From Candidatus Saccharimonadota bacterium (GTDB taxonomy: Bacteria > Patescibacteriota > Gracilibacteria > UBA1369 > 2-02-FULL-48-14): a stretch of 32,000 bases of DNA. A program made the translations under genes and the position numbers. Positions 17,088-24,758 of the stretch are shown here, piece by piece; the stretch's first letter is position 1, and the number at the start of each line of letters is the position of its first letter. The stretch spans positions 90,001-122,000 of the forward strand of contig OZ246396.1 of the NCBI GenBank assembly GCA_965230905.1. The letters run 5' to 3'. The notes below the pieces were generated by a model. It was not told the DNA's origin. It saw only the letters and a list, made by a program, of their open reading frames with translations, and ran no database searches.

Positions 17088-17124
17088 CAAAAAAAGGCTC
17101 AATACCGCAAGAGCTTCGCTTTGA

Positions 17125-17643
17125 TTAAAGCCTAGCCTCAATCTTTGCTTTCACGTCTGCTAAGGGCATTTTGAATTCGGCAATACTGGTAACTTCTTCA
17201 TTTTCGTCGATGGTGTATTTGCCGAGCTCCCCGGCAAAGATTACATAATCACCGTTGGCGTCGGTCCCTAGAAAAAGCAAAACTCGTTCGCCTATAAACA
17301 GAGATGCTGAATCTTCAACCCACAAGCTGCTCAATGGGTTTCGCACCTCAACAGAGACGGTGCTCAGATTTTCATCTCCTTTTAAGACCTCTTCTATCGT
17401 AATGGTGGCGTCTGTGTAGGGCTGACCACCGTCCATACCCATACTTTCTACGGTTCCGATGATAATTGCATTAGCTTCCTCGCTGTACAAACCGTCCGCA
17501 TCACGTCCAATCACAGAACCATTGGAGACAACATTCATTTCATTTGGATCCTGGACTTCTAGTTCTGGCTCGGACGTTGAGTTACAGGCTGTGAATGCAG
17601 TTAACAAAAGAAATCCGGCAATGGTGAGATAGGTGTTTTTCAT
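17125..17643 (-). CDS. putative lipoprotein, 172 aa
   Basis: Signal peptide with lipobox (MKNTYLTIAGFLLLTAFTAC). TAAAAT (17650-17655, minus strand) ends 6 nt upstream of the ATG. Confidence 0.6.
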   Translation of the reverse strand: MKNTYLTIAGFLLLTAFTACNSTSEPELEVQDPNEMNVVSNGSVIGRDADGLYSEEANAIIIGTVESMGMDGGQPYTDATITIEEVLKGDENLSTVSVEVRNPLSSLWVEDSASLFIGERVLLFLGTDANGDYVIFAGELGKYTIDENEEVTSIAEFKMPLADVKAKIEARL

Positions 17644-17659
17644 AATGCTATTTTAACTC

Positions 17660-17683
17660 AAAAGACCCCGCCGAAGCGAGGTC
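17660..17683 (-). terminator. intrinsic terminator downstream of pnp
   Basis: Minus strand reads GACCTCGC-TTCG-GCGGGGTC (8-bp stem, UUCG loop) followed by TTTT. A second hairpin, CTGCAC-GAAA-GTGCAG, lies at 17694-17709 directly after the pnp stop. Confidence 0.6.
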
Positions 17684-17713
17684 TCTCTTTTTAAGCTGCA
17701 CTTTCGTGCAGTA

Positions 17714-19906
17714 TTAGAAATCGTAGCCGTCGTTCATTGGCTTGGATCCTTGAGGAGCCTGTGGCCCTTTAGGAGCTTGAACGCCAGGTTTTTCGTCTTG
17801 GTAGAATTCCTTCATAGACAGGTTGTAACGTCCTTGTTCGTCGATCTTAAGGAGTTTCACACGAACCTTGTCGCCCACCTTAACCACGTCACCTACTTTT
17901 TCCACACGGTAAGGACGGAGCGCAGAGATGTGCACGAGACCGTCTTTTCCAGGAACGAATTCCACGAAGGCTCCGAAGTCCATGATGTTCACCACGGTTC
18001 CTTCGAATTCTTCACCTGGAGTTGGTTCGTAAACAATCGCCTTAACCCAGTTCGCGGCCTTGTCTCCGGCTTCCTTGTTAGGAGCGGTGATGATCACGAG
18101 ACCGGTTTGTTCGATGTCCATTTCCACGCCACATTCGCCGGTGATCTTTTGGATGGTTTCCCCTCCCTTACCGATCACATCACGGATGTAATCAGGGTTG
18201 ATTTGGATTTTCATGATGATTGGCGCGTACTTGCTGAGTTCGGCACGAGGTGCAGGCAATACGGCAGCCATTTCAGCGAGCATCTGATTACAAGCGGTCG
18301 CGGCTTTTTGCAAAGCCTCACCCATCATTTGAGTCGTAATACCCTTCACTTTAATATCCATTTGCAGAGCGGTGATACCATCGGCGGTACGAGCTACCTT
18401 GAAGTCCATGTCTCCGGCAAAGTCTTCAAAAGACTGAATGTCGGTGAGGATCTTGTAGGCTCCGGTTCCGGACTTCTTGAATTCATCGCTACACACGAGT
18501 CCCATGGCCACGGCAGAAACCGCTTTTTTGAGCGGAACTCCGGCGTCCATCATAGAAAGCGTTGATCCACACACGGAAGCCATTGAGCTGGATCCGTTAC
18601 AGGTCATGATTTCAGATACAACGAGGATGGTGTATGGAAAGTCTTCTTTAGCTGGGAGAACTGGGAGCAACGCACGTTCTGCGAGCGCTCCGTGTCCAAT
18701 TTCACGACGAGATGCGCCGCGAAGTCCTTTGATTTCACCTACTGAATAAGGAGGGAAAACATAGTAATGGATGTAACGTTTCTCCATGTCCACTTCCATT
18801 GAGTCGATGATTTGCGCATCGCCAGGAGCTCCCAAAGTGGTGAGCGTGAGGGCTTGCGTTTCTCCACGTTGGAAGAGAGCGGATCCGTGCGTTCGAGGGA
18901 TGAGTCCGGCTTCGATGCTGATCTTTCGAACTTCATCGAGACGACGTCCGTCGAGACGTTGGTCACGTTCCAAAATATTGTTTCGCATGGAGTTGTCCAT
19001 AACCTTCCCCGCTGCCCCGAGCAGTTCGCTCTTTTTGTAGGTTCCGGCTTCGATTTCTGCAGCAAAATGCGTGAGCACCTTGTTTTCAATCGCGTGGATT
19101 GCGTCTTTAATTTCTTTCTTAGCTCCTCCTTTGTAAGCAGCCAAATCGTCCGCAGAAATAATACCAGCAACGAGCTGAATCATTTCGTCAGAAGCCTTAG
19201 CAACGGTGTAAGTACGAGCCGTAGGATTGATCTTTGCTACGAGCTGCAATTGGAAAGCACAGATTTCCTTGATGGTCTTGTGTGCGAGTTCCAAAGCTTC
19301 GATCATTTTTGCGTCGGTGAGTTCGTTGGCTCCGGCTTCCACCATGGTGATGGCGTCTGCAGTTCCAGCCACGAGCAGATCGAGCTGAGCCCCTTCCATT
19401 TCTTCGAAAGTTGGGAAAACAATGAACTGATCGTTCTTCATTCCAATGCGCACTCCGGCAAGAGGTCCGGCAAAAGGCATTCCGGCTACGAGCATCGCAG
19501 CGGACATACCTGTAATCGCGAGCACCCCGGTCTCATTCACGAGATCCGCAGAGAGAATGGTTGCAATGGCCTGAGTTTCGTTCGTGATTCCTTTTGGAAA
19601 CAAGGGACGAATAGGACGGTCGATGATACGAGCCTTTAAAATGGCTTCATCGCTAGAGCGTCCGTCACGCTTCATGAAACGAGATCCTTTGATCTTTCCA
19701 GAGGCGTAGTAACGTTCTTGGTATTCAATAGTAAGAGGAAAGAAATCCGCGTCGGGTTTTCCTTCTTCGGCCATCATAGCGGTACAAAGCACGATGCTTT
19801 CACCCATTTGAATGGTGACCGCTCCGTTCGCTTGCAAAGCAAGACGCCCAGTTTCGAGCTTAATCTTGCGTCCGGCAAGTTCGGTTTCAACAGTTTGTAT
19901 AGACAT
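17714..19906 (-). CDS. pnp: polyribonucleotide nucleotidyltransferase (PNPase)
   Basis: 730-aa ORF with two RNase PH domains, a KH domain (GKGGETIQKI) and an S1 domain (GTVVNIMDFGAFVEF). It lies downstream of rpsO, as in the classical operon. Confidence 0.97.
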   Translation of the reverse strand: MSIQTVETELAGRKIKLETGRLALQANGAVTIQMGESIVLCTAMMAEEGKPDADFFPLTIEYQERYYASGKIKGSRFMKRDGRSSDEAILKARIIDRPIRPLFPKGITNETQAIATILSADLVNETGVLAITGMSAAMLVAGMPFAGPLAGVRIGMKNDQFIVFPTFEEMEGAQLDLLVAGTADAITMVEAGANELTDAKMIEALELAHKTIKEICAFQLQLVAKINPTARTYTVAKASDEMIQLVAGIISADDLAAYKGGAKKEIKDAIHAIENKVLTHFAAEIEAGTYKKSELLGAAGKVMDNSMRNNILERDQRLDGRRLDEVRKISIEAGLIPRTHGSALFQRGETQALTLTTLGAPGDAQIIDSMEVDMEKRYIHYYVFPPYSVGEIKGLRGASRREIGHGALAERALLPVLPAKEDFPYTILVVSEIMTCNGSSSMASVCGSTLSMMDAGVPLKKAVSAVAMGLVCSDEFKKSGTGAYKILTDIQSFEDFAGDMDFKVARTADGITALQMDIKVKGITTQMMGEALQKAATACNQMLAEMAAVLPAPRAELSKYAPIIMKIQINPDYIRDVIGKGGETIQKITGECGVEMDIEQTGLVIITAPNKEAGDKAANWVKAIVYEPTPGEEFEGTVVNIMDFGAFVEFVPGKDGLVHISALRPYRVEKVGDVVKVGDKVRVKLLKIDEQGRYNLSMKEFYQDEKPGVQAPKGPQAPQGSKPMNDGYDF

Positions 19907-20035
19907 ATTTGTCTGAGTAATTAGGGTTAAAGTAGCCCATATACTCAGAGGGAGGTTTCAAGATATCTCTTATTTCGACCTATGCGCGTAGTGCGCGTGG
20001 TTAGAGAATTCTTGTGATCTCGCTCTGAGCGGGGC

Positions 20036-20059
20036 AAAAAAGAAGGGGCACGGGGCCCC
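20036..20059 (-). terminator. rpsO-pnp intergenic hairpin plus T-run (terminator/attenuator)
   Basis: Minus strand reads GGGGC-cccgt-GCCCC followed by TTCTTTTTT, starting 6 nt after the rpsO stop. Confidence 0.5.
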
Positions 20060-20065
20060 CTCAGT

Positions 20066-20329
20066 TTATTTTCGAAGTTGTAGCTGATCTACTACTTTCT
20101 CGTATTCGTCCTTGTTCTTCGTCTTTAGGTATTGCAGGTGACGGCGGCGTTTACCTACCATCTTGAGCAGACCTTGGCGTGAGTGCAGATCGTTCTTGTG
20201 GCTCTTCAAGTGCTCCGTGAGCTGGTTGATACGAGTGGTGAGAACGGCTGCTTGCACCTGGGCACTTCCAGTATCTTTGTCGTGCTGAGCAAACTTTTTG
20301 ATGAGTTTTTTCTTGTCGTCGCGTTTCAT
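20066..20329 (-). CDS. rpsO: 30S ribosomal protein S15
   Basis: 87-aa ORF with GSAQVQAAVLTTRINQLTEHLKSHKNDLHSRQGLLKMVGKRRRHLQYL. Confidence 0.95.
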   Translation of the reverse strand: MKRDDKKKLIKKFAQHDKDTGSAQVQAAVLTTRINQLTEHLKSHKNDLHSRQGLLKMVGKRRRHLQYLKTKNKDEYEKVVDQLQLRK

Positions 20330-20387
20330 AGAAGGGATTAAAGCAGGGGCATTTTATAAGCTGGAGGCCATAAAAGCAAGTTTTTCC

Positions 20388-21299
20388 TTATATCCATCGT
20401 TTAATGCGGAAAAAAATGAGCATGACCATTAAAATGAAGATCATTCCTCCCGCCAGGAAAAAGAAGATCAGCGGGTGGGTGGAAAATGGCAGATGCACGT
20501 TCATTCCATACATTCCCGCCAACAGGTTGAGCGGCAGCATCACCACGGAAAAAATGGTGAGCGTTTTAATAACGTTGTTCGTTGTGTGAGAAATAATGGA
20601 CTCATTCGTGTCCTGCAAGGATTCAATCAACTCTTTCAGGTTTTCCAAGGTGCTCCAAATTTTCTCCACCTTATCCAGCACGTCGTCAAAGTAAACCTCC
20701 AGGCTGTCGGGGAGAAACTTTTTATTCTTGTGTTCAAGTTGCGCAATCACAGTCCGCAGCGGAGCCATCACCCGGCGAAAACCAATGATATTCTTTTTAG
20801 TGTTGAGGATTTCCTTAAGCATGTCGCGCTGGCCTCCCGTGAAGGCATCTTGTTCTAGCGTGCCCACATTCGCCTCAATTGTGTCGAGCAAAGGAAAGAG
20901 CGTTCCAAACAAATGATCGATGATTTCGTAGAGCAAATATCCGCTGGAGTGTCCCATCATTTTCTTCCTCTCCTTTAGGTCAGACTCCACTTTTTCGTAA
21001 AAGTTATTCAAGGGCTTGAGTCCACCCCAGTGCACGGTTATGAGCAAATTCGTCTTTATAAAAATATCCACTTCCTCCCCCACAATGCGCTGACGGCGCT
21101 TGTCGTAAAAAGGAATGTGCAAAATCGTGAAGATATAATCGTCGTATTCATCCACTTTTGAGCGCTGATTTTCGGACAGACAATCTTCAATATCGAGCTC
21201 GTGGAAGCCATGTTTTTCCTTCAAGGCAAGAAGCGTGTCCGTGTCGGGATCTTCTACGTCTATCCAAGTGAGTTTTTCTAGCGTGAGGGAGCGTTGCAT
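20388..21299 (-). CDS. corA: CorA-family magnesium/cobalt transporter
   Basis: 303-aa ORF with two C-terminal TM helices and the GMN signature (GMYGMNVHLPF). TATACT (21306-21311, minus strand) ends 6 nt upstream of the ATG. Confidence 0.9.
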   Translation of the reverse strand: MQRSLTLEKLTWIDVEDPDTDTLLALKEKHGFHELDIEDCLSENQRSKVDEYDDYIFTILHIPFYDKRRQRIVGEEVDIFIKTNLLITVHWGGLKPLNNFYEKVESDLKERKKMMGHSSGYLLYEIIDHLFGTLFPLLDTIEANVGTLEQDAFTGGQRDMLKEILNTKKNIIGFRRVMAPLRTVIAQLEHKNKKFLPDSLEVYFDDVLDKVEKIWSTLENLKELIESLQDTNESIISHTTNNVIKTLTIFSVVMLPLNLLAGMYGMNVHLPFSTHPLIFFFLAGGMIFILMVMLIFFRIKRWI

Positions 21300-21386
21300 G
21301 GAGGGAGTATAACTTGAATACCAAAGTTCCTAAAAGAGGATTTATAGCCTTTGCAAGTTTCGAAGAAACGGGAGCGTCTTTAGGAA

Positions 21387-21415
21387 TTGCAGTTCAGTCC
21401 CTTTAGTTGCATAAT
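21387..21415 (+). promoter_or_regulatory. promoter TTGCAG-17 nt-CATAAT, -10 ends 6 nt from ATG 21422 (leaderless-type)
   Basis: Hexamers at 21387-21392 and 21410-21415. The listed ORF start at 21407 is a TTG lying inside this promoter. Confidence 0.4.
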
Positions 21416-21421
21416 GCCCGC

Positions 21422-22375
21422 ATGAAATATCGCGCCATTATTCGTGAAGCTTGGGGGCTGACTCAAGAGAATAAGAAACTCATGTGGTGGTTCGGCTTTG
21501 TACCCGCTTTGCTGAGCTTTTTAGTGAGCATGGTTTATTTGAGCTACCAAGCGTTTTCTTTGTGGACCTCCCCTTACGTGCGCCAGGGAGCCACCGAAGT
21601 GCATTTGATTTCGGATCTTGCTAGAGCCGTGGTGGATTTATTTGAACGAGAGCCGGCGCTGGGAACCTTTGGCGTGATTATGTTGGCTTTGATGGGAGCG
21701 GTTTACTTACTGCTGCCGGTTTTTTGTCAAAGCGCCTTGATTCAGCTCGTGGCCCGCATCCGTGCCGGTGAGCCTTTGTCCATTGCCCGCGGGATCAGTT
21801 ACGGCTTCACCCGTTTTCTTCAACTCTTTGAATACAACGCCTTTATAAAAACTTTCAGTCTGGTGGGAGTGTTCACGGAAGCCACGTTTGTCTTTCGTAT
21901 TTTTGGCCCTGAGCCGTTTAAACTCTTCAGTTGGATTTTCCTCCTGGTGCTCGTGGTGGGGCTCATCTGCACGCTGCTTTTCACCTATGCGGAGTACTAC
22001 ATTGTGATCGATAAAGAAGGTGTGCTGAACAGCATTGTGAAAAGTGGAGGATTGGTGATTCGCCAGTGGCACCACACTTTGTTCATGCTCCTCCTCATGG
22101 CGGTTATTGTTATTCGGGTGCTGCTCAATCTAGTGGTGGCCCTGTTGGTACCGGCCATTGTGCTGGCGCCGATCTTCTTTTTCACGAGTTTAACGCTCGC
22201 GAAAATAGGAGTTATTGTGGGAGCCATCGTGGGCTTGGTGGTGCTGTACTTTGCTTCTTACTTTATAGGAATTTTTCACGTGTTCACGACCACGGTGTGG
22301 ACTTTTACTTTCTTGGATCTGACTCGCGAAGAATCCAAAGTGGTGGATCTACACGAGGCCGCCTCCAAAGACTAA
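21422..22375 (+). CDS. polytopic membrane protein, unknown function
   Basis: About six long hydrophobic segments. Start moved to ATG 21422 (MKYRAIIREAWGL) because of the promoter geometry. Confidence 0.6.
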   Translation: MKYRAIIREAWGLTQENKKLMWWFGFVPALLSFLVSMVYLSYQAFSLWTSPYVRQGATEVHLISDLARAVVDLFEREPALGTFGVIMLALMGAVYLLLPVFCQSALIQLVARIRAGEPLSIARGISYGFTRFLQLFEYNAFIKTFSLVGVFTEATFVFRIFGPEPFKLFSWIFLLVLVVGLICTLLFTYAEYYIVIDKEGVLNSIVKSGGLVIRQWHHTLFMLLLMAVIVIRVLLNLVVALLVPAIVLAPIFFFTSLTLAKIGVIVGAIVGLVVLYFASYFIGIFHVFTTTVWTFTFLDLTREESKVVDLHEAASKD

Positions 22376-22924
22376 AACCAGCGAGTAGAGCAGCGTGAAG
22401 ACCACAATGCGGCGAAGCATGGCGGGAATGTTTGCCATGAACTCACGAGGCGCTTTGCTCCTTTGACGAAGGAATTGGTAGAGCGTGATGTCGTAAGTGT
22501 AGGAAAACAAAATGGCACCGATTATATAAATGGCGGCGAACTTAGAAGAATAGAGCATGCCAAGCCACTCGGGCAGGGCCATGGCGGGGAGGTCTTTCAG
22601 TAAAGGACTCAGCAAGAAGATCAAGGAAACGTGAAACAGTTGGTCCGCGAAAAACGGCAGGGTGCTCTTTTTTTGGTTGAAGCGGATGTCGTAGGCAATT
22701 TTCAAACAATCCTGCACAAAATGCACTCCAAAAATAGCCCCAATCACCCACCAGGTTTCCTGGTGTTGCCAGTATGGGAAGAGCGACAAAACGGTGAAGG
22801 TCCCAATGATGCAAACGTGCTGAAAAGTACCGGTCCAACTTTTGTATTTCTTTTGAATCAGGTCGTTCGACTGAAAAACGAAATCTCCGAGAAGGTGGGC
22901 GATAATGAGATGCAAAAAGATCAT
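22349..22924 (-). CDS. DUF3307-like membrane protein
   Basis: N-terminal HLIIAHLLGDFVFQ motif, which I recall as typical of DUF3307 (recollection, not a search). Several TM segments. The 3' end overlaps the previous gene by 27 nt. Confidence 0.55.
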   Translation of the reverse strand: MIFLHLIIAHLLGDFVFQSNDLIQKKYKSWTGTFQHVCIIGTFTVLSLFPYWQHQETWWVIGAIFGVHFVQDCLKIAYDIRFNQKKSTLPFFADQLFHVSLIFLLSPLLKDLPAMALPEWLGMLYSSKFAAIYIIGAILFSYTYDITLYQFLRQRSKAPREFMANIPAMLRRIVVFTLLYSLVLVFGGGLV

Positions 22925-23325
22925 TGTGCGTTTTCTTGTTTACGAGCTTGGTAGGCTTCTTTCACCTTGCGTAGAATGTCCGGACTTTTTTGAAGAAGCG
23001 CAGCGAAGTCTTCCTTATTTAAAACAAAGATTTCACAGTCTGACAAGGTTTCTGCGCTTGCATTTCTTGGCTGATCTTCTATAAGCGCCATTTCGCCAAA
23101 AAAATCCCCCTCGCCCAGGCTCGCCACATCAGCTTGTTCATTATAAATTCGGATCATTCCCGACTTTATGATGTACATGGCATGCCCCGGCACGCCTTTT
23201 TCAAAAAGAACATAGTGCGCCGGAAAATATTGCATCGTGATGTGGGCAATAATACTCTGATGCTCCTCCTCGGTCAGATTTTGAAAGAGCGGCACCGTTT
23301 TGAGAATTTGGAGAATTAGGTTCAT
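22921..23325 (-). CDS. stand-alone cyclic nucleotide-binding (CAP-effector) domain protein
   Basis: 134-aa ORF with GDFFGEMALI and RNASAETL phosphate-binding-cassette-like motifs. No DNA-binding or other output domain. Its stop overlaps the DUF3307-like start (ATGA at 22921-22924). Confidence 0.8.
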   Translation of the reverse strand: MNLILQILKTVPLFQNLTEEEHQSIIAHITMQYFPAHYVLFEKGVPGHAMYIIKSGMIRIYNEQADVASLGEGDFFGEMALIEDQPRNASAETLSDCEIFVLNKEDFAALLQKSPDILRKVKEAYQARKQENAQ

Positions 23326-23501
23326 AGCGGGCGTTTTAATCTTATTAGTATACCTGAATTAGGTCGGCCGGTAAAGGCGTACGAAGCCACTCCCGGGCAT
23401 TAAGCCCATATTCAGAGAATTGGCGGTGGAGAATTTGAAAAAAGGCGTGGAATTCGCCCTCATCAGTGAATAAGCGGCTTAGGAAAGCCACTCTTAGCTT
23501 G

Positions 23502-23530
23502 TTGACGCTCGCTATAATTCATGTTACAAT
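23502..23530 (+). promoter_or_regulatory. promoter TTGACG-17 nt-TACAAT
   Basis: Hexamers at 23502-23507 and 23525-23530 with a 17-nt spacer. The ATG of the small ORF lies 24 nt downstream. Confidence 0.45.
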
Positions 23531-23554
23531 GTCCTAATATCAATAAAATAAACC

Positions 23555-23752
23555 ATGGACGTATTCCACACCCTTTCCCAGAGAACCAAGGTCCTCATTG
23601 TGGCCAGCTCTCTCTTTTTAGTCACCATCACTCTGGGACTGTTGGTTTTTGGCACGAACATTGTTTCGCACGACAACGCGCTCCTTAAACAGGCCAGTAG
23701 CAGTACAAAGGCGGACATGCTTTACATTCATCCAACAGATAGCGGACATTAA
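23555..23752 (+). CDS. putative small single-pass membrane protein, 65 aa
   Basis: One clear hydrophobic helix (VLIVASSLFLVTITLGLLVF), preceded by one of the best promoter matches in the window. No homology recognised. Confidence 0.35.
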   Translation: MDVFHTLSQRTKVLIVASSLFLVTITLGLLVFGTNIVSHDNALLKQASSSTKADMLYIHPTDSGH

Positions 23753-24669
23753 GCTTCGCAGACCAAAGGAACGTAGTGCCTACACAGGACTTCACTCAAC
23801 CAAGCGACATACTCTTTTAGTGCGGATTGATCGTTGCCTTGAATGTGCAGGGCGGGACAGGTCCCTTTGTTTCCGTGGTTATGTTTTTTGAATTCAGTTT
23901 GGACACTTGCTTCTGTCGAAGCTTTCATTTTAAGAATAGAAAGCCCTCCTCTATCCAAAAGTTCGAACTGATTCGGATCGAATCCCCTTACACAGTGTGA
24001 ATCGTCAACTTTTACCCGTTCAAAAAAGGCATGTTCCGCATGGACTCCACTCATACCAAGGAACACTGCCGTATTCAAAAAGGGTTGCGACCTGAGGGCG
24101 GTTTGCATCTCTTCCACCTTCATTTTTCGGCCATACTGTTTTTCATATACGAGGTGCATCAATTGAGCAAATTGCAAAGAAATCGAGGTCCCAGCAATAA
24201 TCCCATCAAGAAAAAACTGAAAAATACTAATTTCATCCTGGCCCGCCAGTGCCTTTGCGTGGCGTACACTGATTTCTGCAATCCAGAGCGGTAGAGAGAG
24301 ATCCTCTCGTTCAACGAGCTTTCCAGCAGCCTCCTTGAATTCCTGCTCAAGATGGTTGGATACAACTGCAAAAATCGTGCCGACCAGGGATTCAGAATTT
24401 TTAAGCCTCGTTTCCAGCTCATCGTGAGGGAAATATGTCTCAAAAGCTTCCTTTTCTGCCCAGAAGCTTCGTGTTAATTCCATTAAAACCCTTGCCCTGA
24501 TTTCTTTTAATTCTCCAGTATTTATCTCACCGTCCCTGCTTATTTTTTTATCTATAGCTTGGCTTGCTTTTGATAAATCCATGGCAAGTACTTCTTTTGG
24601 ATTTAAAGAGGGTTTACGCTCATCGATTTCTAGAAGCTGTTTTCCCAGGTATTTAGACATAGATGGCAT
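23749..24669 (-). CDS. hypothetical protein, 306 aa, no family recognised
   Basis: Intact ORF, divergent from leuS. Its stop codon shares the tetranucleotide TTAA with the stop of the small + strand ORF. Confidence 0.5.
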   Translation of the reverse strand: MPSMSKYLGKQLLEIDERKPSLNPKEVLAMDLSKASQAIDKKISRDGEINTGELKEIRARVLMELTRSFWAEKEAFETYFPHDELETRLKNSESLVGTIFAVVSNHLEQEFKEAAGKLVEREDLSLPLWIAEISVRHAKALAGQDEISIFQFFLDGIIAGTSISLQFAQLMHLVYEKQYGRKMKVEEMQTALRSQPFLNTAVFLGMSGVHAEHAFFERVKVDDSHCVRGFDPNQFELLDRGGLSILKMKASTEASVQTEFKKHNHGNKGTCPALHIQGNDQSALKEYVAWLSEVLCRHYVPLVCEA

Positions 24670-24758
24670 TATAATATCTAATTTATTTTCGTCAATGTAT
24701 CCTGCCGTTGATTAAGCGAGCGCTATAAGCGTACAATTTGCGCACCTTTACGAAGCCT

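Noticed and set aside
16796-17141. ORFs 16796..17065(+), 16833..17135(+), 16941..17141(-) and 16657..16920(-)
   Set aside because: They span tRNA-Gly, its terminator and the att-like repeat region. They show no coding signatures.
17750-19639. Two long + strand ORFs (271 aa and 275 aa) antisense to pnp
   Set aside because: These are shadow frames of a highly conserved gene. They have no start-site signals or motifs.
23749-24669. HNH-like string (KKHNHGNKGTC) near the C-terminus of the 306-aa protein
   Set aside because: This is an isolated tripeptide without the CxxC pairs or beta-beta-alpha context of HNH nucleases, so it is probably coincidental.
24670-24758. T-box leader or other riboswitch upstream of leuS, and the TTG start at 24738
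   Set aside because: The spacer is only 89 nt, too short for a T-box. The TTG directly abuts a TACAAT -10 box, so ATG 24759 is the likelier start.
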